A stretch of DNA of 64,000 nucleotides from NCBI GenBank assembly GCA_016185615.1, contig JACPNE010000002.1, forward strand, positions 5,253 through 69,252, in the 5' to 3' direction. Position numbers and translations under genes: made by a program. Below, one piece after another: positions 18,991-26,265 of this stretch (the stretch's first letter is position 1; every line of letters starts with the position of its first letter). The stretch is from Candidatus Woesearchaeota archaeon (GTDB lineage: Archaea; Nanobdellota; Nanobdellia; SCGC-AAA011-G17; JACPNG01). A model generated the notes under the pieces. The model saw only the letters and a program-made list of their open reading frames with translations, did not search any database and was not told the DNA's origin.

Positions 18991-19102
18991 AATTTCACCT
19001 CAACGATTTTATATTACTATTAAGAGAATTTTATTTATATAGCTCACGCGGGTGGTTGTCCGCTGTCCGCTAGACATATACTAGAAAATATAGATTAAAC
19101 TA

Positions 19103-19372
19103 CTAGATTAATTTTTCACCAGTTTCTTTATCTATTATGTGTATAACAGTTACAGGACATGCTTTTGCCGCCTCCATATGCTGTTCTAGTTGATCTTCTG
19201 TTATCTCTAACTCAAACATTTGGTCGCCTTTATCATTACTAGTCTTTAGAATTGCTTTTCCTTCTTCGTCCATTTCCCATGCTTCTGGCAATGCAGCAAC
19301 ACAGGCAGCTGCGCCTATACATCCTATCCTGTCATACTGAACTATATATCTTTTTTCTCCCATATTAATCAC
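19103..19372 (-). CDS. Small ferredoxin (COG1141-type, probably 3Fe-4S)
   Basis: 'CIGAAAC...CP' spacing resembles single-cluster archaeal ferredoxins, with Ala at the fourth-ligand position. 89 aa, acidic. Confidence 0.7.
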   Translation of the reverse strand: MINMGEKRYIVQYDRIGCIGAAACVAALPEAWEMDEEGKAILKTSNDKGDQMFELEITEDQLEQHMEAAKACPVTVIHIIDKETGEKLI

Positions 19373-19426
19373 AAAAACTTAACTCAATATTACCCTTTTT
19401 ATACTTTTCCAATTATAACAATATAT

Positions 19427-20491
19427 TCAGAATTCATCAAGTTTCTTGATTGAGCTATAGTTTAATACAAGCGTTTTACCACCTTTATCCGAAATTGCAT
19501 TTTCTGCTGTTATAATATTATCTTCAACTAATTTGCTTATTTTTCTCTTAAATGTCTTATAAGAAATTTCATTGTCTTTTTTATAAATATCATAAATCTC
19601 AGTTATTGTTTTTCCAGAGTTTGATTTTATTAGTTTAAGTATATCATTAACATCATCTTCAAAATCATTTGTATTTTTAGTTTTATAATCATCTAATTTC
19701 TTAATTGCATTTTCTGAATGTTCCAAAATTATTTTTTTAGAAGACCCATCTTCAGCAATGTTTCCAGCTTCCCTTAATAAAAATAATCCAGCCCTTATAT
19801 CTCCTAATTCATAAGCTTTCTTGGCTATTAACTCAAATGCTTTTTGTTCCCATACATCTTTTACAAAACCATACTCAATTCTTTTTCTTAGTATTCCTTT
19901 TGTTTGCTCTAAATTATATGATTTAAACCCCAACTCTTCTAAGGTTAATCTTGATCTTAGTCTTGAATCTAAATTAATCAGCCAATCTTTATCGTTTGTT
20001 ATAAAAAAAACTGTTTTCTTATAAATATCTTCTAATATATAATAAATTCCATCTATTTCAGTTAATTTATCCGCTTCATCCATAACAAATACAGCTGTTT
20101 TTTTGTTTAGGATATTTTTTATTTCTTTGAAAAGCTCATCTGTTGTCTTGTTATGCACCCATTTGTAATCAATCTGCTCACAAATGCTTAAAGCCATTTT
20201 ATGTGTAGTGTCCTTTTTCCAGCAGTTTATGTATATTTTGTAAACTTCGTCATACTCCTCTAATTCATTCAAGACATGTTTCAAACAAACTGTTTTTCCA
20301 ACCCCTGGATTTCCGAATATAAGCAAATTCTTTCCATTCCTGTTTTGTAGTAATGGCCTAATACAAGAGGCAATATACCCTTGTTCTGACTCCCTATATG
20401 GAACCAATTTTGGCTGGAAATCAAAATCTAGTTGTTCTGGATTAAGAAATAATGACTCAGAATCCTTTAACATATCATCAAATAGTCCCAT
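19427..20491 (-). CDS. cdc6: Orc1/Cdc6 replication initiator
   Basis: Walker A 'GNPGVGKT', Walker B 'VFVMDEADKL', AAA+ lid and a C-terminal winged helix. Confidence 0.9.
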   Translation of the reverse strand: MGLFDDMLKDSESLFLNPEQLDFDFQPKLVPYRESEQGYIASCIRPLLQNRNGKNLLIFGNPGVGKTVCLKHVLNELEEYDEVYKIYINCWKKDTTHKMALSICEQIDYKWVHNKTTDELFKEIKNILNKKTAVFVMDEADKLTEIDGIYYILEDIYKKTVFFITNDKDWLINLDSRLRSRLTLEELGFKSYNLEQTKGILRKRIEYGFVKDVWEQKAFELIAKKAYELGDIRAGLFLLREAGNIAEDGSSKKIILEHSENAIKKLDDYKTKNTNDFEDDVNDILKLIKSNSGKTITEIYDIYKKDNEISYKTFKRKISKLVEDNIITAENAISDKGGKTLVLNYSSIKKLDEF

Positions 20492-20573
20492 AACAATAGG
20501 ATAAACATTTAGTTTTTTAATTATTTGGTTCTACTGACTATATGTTTTTATACTAAATATTTATTTTAATACT

Positions 20574-21110
20574 ATGGAAAACATAGAAGTTGAAATTAAG
20601 AGTTTTATAACAAAAGAAGAATATAATGAACTAATTAAATTCTTCAGAAAAAATGCTGAATTTATAAACGAGGACAATCAAACAACATATTATTTTGATT
20701 GTGAACAAGATTTAAGAATACAAAAAAATGATTTTTTCTCTAAAATATGCCTGAAAAAAGGCAAACTACATGATCAATATAGGGAAGAAATAGAAGTCAA
20801 ATTTGATAAGGAAGACTTTGAATATTTAGAAAGACTGTTTTTGAATTTAGGATATAATATTCAGATAAAATGGTTTAGGAAAAGGCATTCCTTTAAATGG
20901 GCTGATATTGATGTTATGCTTGATTATACAAATAGTTATGGACACATAATAGAATTAGAAAGCAAATCATCTGAAGAAAATAAAGGGATCATTTTAAAAA
21001 AACTTAAAGAAAGATTAGATAGTTTAAATATTAAATTAACACCAAGAGAAGAATTTGAGAAAAAATTTGAATATTATAAAAATAACTGGAAAGAATTAAT
21101 AAAAGAATAA
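20574..21110 (+). CDS. CYTH-domain protein (triphosphate tunnel metalloenzyme / CyaB-like)
   Basis: N-terminal 'EVEIK' (ExExK) motif and alternating beta-strand pattern. 178 aa. Confidence 0.75.
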   Translation: MENIEVEIKSFITKEEYNELIKFFRKNAEFINEDNQTTYYFDCEQDLRIQKNDFFSKICLKKGKLHDQYREEIEVKFDKEDFEYLERLFLNLGYNIQIKWFRKRHSFKWADIDVMLDYTNSYGHIIELESKSSEENKGIILKKLKERLDSLNIKLTPREEFEKKFEYYKNNWKELIKE

Positions 21111-21419
21111 TTATTTATTTTCTACTAAAACCACATCATTTTCTATCTTGACATCATATTTTTCAACCTTAAGATTCGAATTAAACACAGTTGAACCATC
21201 CCGGACATTATATTCCCAGCCATGCCAGGGACACATTACAACATCACTACTTAATTTGCCTTCACCCAATGGTCCTCCTGCATGCAGGCATATGTTACTA
21301 ATGGCGAAAATCTCTCCTTTAACATTAAATAAAGCCACTTCTTTGCCATTTACCCTTACTATCATATTCTTTCCTTGTGGTAAATCATCTAAATTACAAA
21401 CCTTAACAAATTCAGTCAT
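21111..21419 (-). CDS. Rieske [2Fe-2S] domain protein (NirD-like small ferredoxin)
   Basis: 'CLHAGGPL' and 'CPWHGWEY' Rieske cluster motifs. Confidence 0.85.
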   Translation of the reverse strand: MTEFVKVCNLDDLPQGKNMIVRVNGKEVALFNVKGEIFAISNICLHAGGPLGEGKLSSDVVMCPWHGWEYNVRDGSTVFNSNLKVEKYDVKIENDVVLVENK

Positions 21420-21475
21420 TTTATCTCTCTCCGAATTAGGTTTTTTATTCTAGAAGTATTATATAAACTTATTCT

Positions 21476-22378
21476 TTAAGTAATAAATTTAAAATTATTG
21501 GCTTGTTCTAAACTGAATAATTCTTTTCCTATTCCCCTTCCTATGAAATAGAAAGAATGAGCACTTATTCTTGACAATAAATCAATTAATCTTGTCTTTT
21601 CTTCATAAGTTATTAGATCAGCATCTTCTATTCCAGCCAATTCTTTAGTTATATTAATAGCTAATTCTTTATCCCCCAACTCATCTATTAATCCTAATTC
21701 TTTGGCTTCCTTTCCGAAATAAAAGAAACCATCAGCCATTTTTTTAACCTCTTCTCTTTTAAGATTCCTGTTTTTAGAGACTTCATCTATAAATGCTTCA
21801 TGAACTATATCTAATTTGTTTTGTAATAATCTTCTTTCCTCAGGAGTTAACTCTCTGAAAGGGCTTCCTGCGTCTTTATATCTCCCGGCAACCAATCTTT
21901 CATAATTAACCCCATAATATTCCATTAATCCAGAAAACTCTAAATAAGAGCTTGTTACTCCGATTGATCCTGTAATAGATAATGGATCAGCAACAATTTT
22001 GTCAGAGTTTGTAGCTATCCAGTAAGCACCAGAAGCCCCAACTTCTCTTATTAAAGCCACTACTGGTTTATCAGTTCTTTTAATTTCATTTGATATCTCT
22101 TCAGATGCAACAACGGTTCCACCGGGACTATTAATCTCTAAGATTATACCTTTTACACTATCATCAGAATTTGCTTGTTTTATCCATTTTGTAATGGTTG
22201 CCGAAGAAGTACTTCCGCTTATAAACAAATCTTCTGAACCTTCTCCTGTTATTGTTCCCTTTATTGGAATTACTGCTATCTTATCGCCAAAATCTTCAAT
22301 CCAAAATAATCCTGAGATCGAATAACTAATTAAAAGTAATCCTATTACTACCATTATAAAAAACCAAAATTTTTTCAT
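21476..22378 (-). CDS. sppA: Signal peptide peptidase SppA (36K type)
   Basis: N-terminal TM, 'GASGAYWIA', 'GSIGV' and a ClpP/crotonase-like fold pattern. Confidence 0.85.
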   Translation of the reverse strand: MKKFWFFIMVVIGLLLISYSISGLFWIEDFGDKIAVIPIKGTITGEGSEDLFISGSTSSATITKWIKQANSDDSVKGIILEINSPGGTVVASEEISNEIKRTDKPVVALIREVGASGAYWIATNSDKIVADPLSITGSIGVTSSYLEFSGLMEYYGVNYERLVAGRYKDAGSPFRELTPEERRLLQNKLDIVHEAFIDEVSKNRNLKREEVKKMADGFFYFGKEAKELGLIDELGDKELAINITKELAGIEDADLITYEEKTRLIDLLSRISAHSFYFIGRGIGKELFSLEQANNFKFIT

Positions 22379-22833
22379 TTTTCCATTACCCTTGTATTTG
22401 ATAGTCTTTCAGTATATCTCTGTCCATTGCTGTTGAACATGAATATTGTGTCTATTATTAATAAAGGTAGTGAAATTTTTGTTATATTCCTTATTAATAT
22501 TTGTAGAAAATCAAAATTTCTTGTAGTTGAGACAACCTCAAGATTCATAATATACTTTCCGACAGTTTGTCTCATCTTATATTCTAATGATGCCCAATAT
22601 ATTAAAGAGATGACGGAAACCATCATACTTACTAATAAAATAGATCTTAAATCATTAAATGCCATGCTAAAAACATTTTCTGCATAAAAAATATTTAATT
22701 TATTTCTAAAAGGAGAAATTATTAACATTATAACAAATGAGTCAATTATATATGCTGCTAATCTTTTCCAAAAAGAAGCAACATTGTTCTTTCCTAATAG
22801 CTTATTTAATTCACTTTTTTTGAGGCGCATCAT
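22375..22833 (-). CDS. RDD-family membrane protein
   Basis: 'WKRLAAYIIDSFVI' start of the RDD domain and 3 TM segments. 4-nt overlap with sppA. Confidence 0.55.
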   Translation of the reverse strand: MMRLKKSELNKLLGKNNVASFWKRLAAYIIDSFVIMLIISPFRNKLNIFYAENVFSMAFNDLRSILLVSMMVSVISLIYWASLEYKMRQTVGKYIMNLEVVSTTRNFDFLQILIRNITKISLPLLIIDTIFMFNSNGQRYTERLSNTRVMEK

Positions 22834-22891
22834 TTTATTAAAAAATTATCATATATAAAAACTATTATTTTTATTCAAACTAATTTTATGC

Positions 22892-22936
22892 AATAAAAGC
22901 ATATATGCATATTGAATAAAAGCATATATGCATATT
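22892..22936. repeat. Tandem 22-bp direct repeat, each unit containing the perfect palindrome GCATATATGC
   Basis: AATAAAAGCATATATGCATATT occurs at 22892-22913 and 22915-22936, 1 nt apart. Lies in the divergent intergenic region between the RDD gene and the wHTH membrane-protein gene. Confidence 0.85.
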
Positions 22937-23052
22937 AGTAATATTATATGTATAAAAACGAAATTCTTTTAAATAAAACAGCTATAATATTCTAATGTTT
23001 TTTAGGAGGAACTGTTTTCACACACTATATTATATTAGCATTAATTATATTT

Positions 23053-23946
23053 TTGCCTATAACAATGGGCAATGTAGAAGGAGCTACGTTAGATATAGAA
23101 TTTATCTTGAATAGTAATAAAGCACATCAAACATTATCTTATAATTTTTCAAAGCCAATAATCGATAATTCATTAGAATATACAATTGCTAGTGATATTG
23201 ATAGTGTCAACGTATTAGCTAATGGAAAAGAAGCTGATTTTGAAATAAGCCAAAATGAGGAAGTAAATACAATAAAAATAAATTCTTCAGAACCAATTAA
23301 CGATTTACAAATGTCTTTTAATGTAAATGATGTTATATTTAAGAATGGTAATACAAATCATTTTTTTACTGAATTATCTTTAAATAAAACAATTGTTTCT
23401 GACATTTCAGTAAAGGCAGTAATTCCCGCTGGCTATGGTTTATATGATAATTCATTTAAGCCGGAATCTGGAGCAATAACTAGTGATGGACAAAATGTTG
23501 TTGTTGAATGGGACGACGTAGATACAAGTAAACCATTACTTTTTTCTGTTAAATACAGAAAAGTAACTTTTCCAAGTTGGATTTTATGGACTTTAATAGT
23601 TTCATCTTTGACTATCTTAATAATATTGTTATATTTTCAATATCAACAAAAAACAGAGAAAGCAATGTTATACGGTTTTAGGGAAGATGAAAAGAAAGCC
23701 CTTGTATTCATTAAAACACATAAAAATATCTTACAAAAAGAGCTTCAAAATGAGTTTAAATTTTCACGTGCTAAATCTACAAGAATTGTAAAAAGATTAG
23801 AAGAAAAAGGATTGATAAAAAAAGAAGAATTTGGTAGAACAAATAAAATTATGTGGAGGGGGGAATTTTCTGAAAAAAAAGAGGATATAAAAGATCTTAA
23901 TGAAAAATTAAATCAAACATTCAATTTCTGGGAAAAATTAAAATAA
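23053..23946 (+). CDS. Membrane-tethered transcription regulator candidate: extracytoplasmic N-domain, one TM, cytoplasmic winged helix-turn-helix (COG2512-like architecture)
   Basis: TM 'WILWTLIVSSLTILIILLYF' followed by 'EDEKKALVFIKTHKNILQKELQNEFKFSRAKSTRIVKRLEEKGLIKKEEFGRTNKI' (MarR/wHTH-like). The start codon is uncertain (TTG 23053 or ATG 23065). Confidence 0.6.
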   Translation: MPITMGNVEGATLDIEFILNSNKAHQTLSYNFSKPIIDNSLEYTIASDIDSVNVLANGKEADFEISQNEEVNTIKINSSEPINDLQMSFNVNDVIFKNGNTNHFFTELSLNKTIVSDISVKAVIPAGYGLYDNSFKPESGAITSDGQNVVVEWDDVDTSKPLLFSVKYRKVTFPSWILWTLIVSSLTILIILLYFQYQQKTEKAMLYGFREDEKKALVFIKTHKNILQKELQNEFKFSRAKSTRIVKRLEEKGLIKKEEFGRTNKIMWRGEFSEKKEDIKDLNEKLNQTFNFWEKLK

Positions 23947-23982
23947 ATCAGCATTTAATCTGTTTTACTATTTGTTTTTGTT

Positions 23983-24046
23983 ATTGTTTCAAATTGTTTC
24001 AAAGCTGTTTCACATTGTTTCAAGAACAAATTAAGTATCTGAAACA
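23983..24046 (+). promoter_or_regulatory. Phased TGTTTCA x4 array, TATA-like AACAAATTAAGTA, then inverted TGAAACA; candidate operator/promoter of the 24137 gene
   Basis: TGTTTCA at 23985, 23995, 24006 and 24016 (10/11/10-bp spacing). TGAAACA at 24040-24046. The 3' 42 bp are repeated exactly at 26800-26841. Confidence 0.5.
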
Positions 24047-24136
24047 CTTTCTATTTTTGTCATAATGTTAGTGCGCACAATGTATCCTAGGCACATTGGT
24101 TGCACTAGATAGATAAGTATATTTGGGGGTGAAAGA

Positions 24137-26182
24137 ATGAAAAATGAAAAATATAAGCAAATAGCTGGTGCGCTGGTTGTTGTCTTTTTATTGTTAGCAG
24201 CACCTTTTGCTTTTGCTAATGGTTCTGGTGTAGATACATCTAGCATAAATGTAGATGTAAACACAGAATCGCAGTCAGAAGCAAGTGCTGAAGCAACTGG
24301 AGATGATTCTAGTGCGGAAGCAGACGCTAGTTCTGAATCGGGGGTTGAAGTAGATGCCAGTATTTCCGATGGTGATGAATCTAGTGTTGATGTAAAAGCA
24401 GATGCTAAATCTGAAGCAAATGCACAAGCAACTTCTGAAGTAGATGAAGATGATGATTGTGACACTGGATGCGATGATGAAGATACATCAAGTGAAGCTG
24501 AAGCAGAAGCAAGTGCTGAAGCAGAAGCAGAAGTAAGTGTTGAAACATCTTCCGGAACAAGTGATAACTGTGGTAACAAATGTAAACCTAAATGCGACAG
24601 TGATTGTGATGAAAACACATCTAATATAGAAGTAGAAGCAACAGCTGAAGCTGAGTCTGAAGCACAAGCAAGTACAACCTCATCAGGAGGATCTGGTGGT
24701 GGAAGCTGTAATGATTGTGACGAATGTGACACTGGATGCGATGATGAAGATACATCAAGTGCAGAAGCAGAAGCTAGCGCAGAAGCTGAAGCAGAGGTTG
24801 AAGTAGATAATAATAATGACTGTGGTAGTGAATGTGACGAAGATTCAACAATAAAAGCAGAAGCTAGCGCAGATGCAGAAGCTGAAGCAGAAGCAACTGG
24901 AGAAGGTAGTTCAGCATTTTCTAGTGCTGTAGCAAAAGCTGAAGCAACTGTTAATGTAGTCATTTCTGCATGTAATGAGATGATAGATGCAATAGTCAAA
25001 GCCGTTGCAGAAGCCCAAGCAAATGCACAAGCAACTTCTGAAGTAGATGAAGATGATGATTGTGACACTGGATGCGATGATGAAGATACATCAAGTGAAG
25101 CTGAAGCAGAAGCAAGTGCTGAAGCAAGTGCTGGATCATCATCTAATACAAATGACCACTGCGGAAGTAGATGCAAACCTAAGCCTAAATGTGGTACTGA
25201 ATGTAATAATACAGAAGACACATTAGGCGAGGCAAATGCTGAAGCAGAAGCTGAATCAGATGCTGAAGCAGAAGCAAAAGCTGAGTCTGAAGATGAGGGT
25301 GGTGCAGAAGCATTAGCTAATGCCGACGCAGAAGCTGAAGCTGAGGTTGAAGCTGAATTAGACAAAGCTTGTAATGAAGCTAAGGCTTACGCTAAATCTG
25401 TAGCTGAAGGTAGATCTGAGGCTATAACAAAAGTGTATGAACTTATAACTTCATTTGTAGAAGCTATGACTAAAGTATTCACTTCTGCTGAAGTAGATGG
25501 AGATGAATTAGGCATTGCTGTAGCAGAGGCTATGGCTAAAGCTTATGCAGAAGTTAATGTATTTGCTGACGCAGAAGCTGAAGCTTACGCTAAGGCTTTG
25601 AGTGAGGCTAGAGCAGAAGCTGAAGCAAAATGTGGGGAAGCTTCAGAAGCTAAGGCAAAAACTAACGCTAAAGCTAGTGCAGAAGCAAGAGCAGAAGCAG
25701 AAGCAAGAGCAGAAGCAAGTGCAGAAGCTCATGCCGAAGCTGAAGCTCATGCAGAAGCATGCATTGGATCAGATGAGTTATCTGATGCCGAAGCTCATGC
25801 AAAAGCTAGTGCTGAAGCTTCAGCTAGAGCATACGCACATGCAGTAGCATCTGCATTTGCTAGTGCAAGAGCAGAAGCATACGCTAAAGCAGTAGCTAGC
25901 AGTTCTGCTGGAGATGCAAGTGCTAAAGCAACAGCTGAGGCAAATGCTAAAGCCGCTGCAGAAGCTGCCGACAAAGCAGAAGCTGAAGCAGAAGCAAGTG
26001 CAGAAGCTGCCGCTAAAGCAAAAGCGCATGTAGAAGGACTTGGAAAAGCAGAAGCAGATGCTGAAGGTATTGCTCATGCTGAATCAGATGGTGAGGATGA
26101 AGCAAGCGTTGATTCAAACACATTAGCTGAAGACAATGGTGAAGCAGAAGCAGAAACTTTAGCAGAGGCTAGCTCAGAATAA
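24137..26182 (+). CDS. Secreted hyperacidic Ala/Glu-rich protein with Cys-cluster modules and (Ala-X)n tracts; function unknown
   Basis: GGGGGTGA SD 6 nt before the ATG. Signal peptide 'ALVVVFLLLAAPFAFANG'. 681-aa uninterrupted ORF with three 'CDTGCDDEDTSS' modules and C-x3-C clusters. Hairpin plus T-tract after the stop. Confidence 0.75.
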   Translation: MKNEKYKQIAGALVVVFLLLAAPFAFANGSGVDTSSINVDVNTESQSEASAEATGDDSSAEADASSESGVEVDASISDGDESSVDVKADAKSEANAQATSEVDEDDDCDTGCDDEDTSSEAEAEASAEAEAEVSVETSSGTSDNCGNKCKPKCDSDCDENTSNIEVEATAEAESEAQASTTSSGGSGGGSCNDCDECDTGCDDEDTSSAEAEASAEAEAEVEVDNNNDCGSECDEDSTIKAEASADAEAEAEATGEGSSAFSSAVAKAEATVNVVISACNEMIDAIVKAVAEAQANAQATSEVDEDDDCDTGCDDEDTSSEAEAEASAEASAGSSSNTNDHCGSRCKPKPKCGTECNNTEDTLGEANAEAEAESDAEAEAKAESEDEGGAEALANADAEAEAEVEAELDKACNEAKAYAKSVAEGRSEAITKVYELITSFVEAMTKVFTSAEVDGDELGIAVAEAMAKAYAEVNVFADAEAEAYAKALSEARAEAEAKCGEASEAKAKTNAKASAEARAEAEARAEASAEAHAEAEAHAEACIGSDELSDAEAHAKASAEASARAYAHAVASAFASARAEAYAKAVASSSAGDASAKATAEANAKAAAEAADKAEAEAEASAEAAAKAKAHVEGLGKAEADAEGIAHAESDGEDEASVDSNTLAEDNGEAEAETLAEASSE

Positions 26183-26210
26183 GCCCTTCTGGGCTTTCTT
26201 TTTTTATTTT
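26182..26210 (+). terminator. Hairpin (AGCCC-TTCT-GGGCT) followed by T-rich tract
   Basis: 5-bp GC-rich stem at 26182-26195, then TTTCTTTTTTTATTTT. Oligo-T is the usual archaeal termination signal. Confidence 0.5.
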
Positions 26211-26265
26211 TAAAAATTGATTTAGTAATATATTCAGATGATAAAAAAGAATCTATCGAGGAAAA

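Noticed and set aside
18700-20573. Replication origin next to orc1/cdc6
   Set aside because: Origins often flank cdc6. However, I could not find repeated ORB-like elements or a clear AT-rich unwinding element flanked by inverted repeats, either in the 82-bp upstream spacer (20492-20573) or in the 18.7-19.1 kb gap. It is not claimed.
24031-25365. 444-aa ORF on the minus strand, antisense to the acidic protein gene
   Set aside because: It is a mirror artefact. The GCN-GAR codon repeats have a stop-free complement, which yields 'SASASA...' text. It has no SD. It would have to start inside the + strand gene and run out through that gene's promoter and leader. The + strand ORF has an SD, signal peptide and terminator.
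25602-26077. Track ORFs 25602-25847 (+) and 25820-26077 (-) within the (Ala-X)n region
   Set aside because: They are alternative frames of the same 6-nt periodic low-complexity DNA, giving K/Q/L-rich or C/F/S-rich nonsense text. They are fully nested in the 681-aa ORF.
24137-26182. Possibility that this GC-richer periodic stretch is a non-coding minisatellite or a CRISPR-like array
   Set aside because: There are no constant-length repeat/spacer units. One frame stays open for 2,046 nt in a genome where random frames close quickly. A proper SD, signal peptide and terminator flank it.
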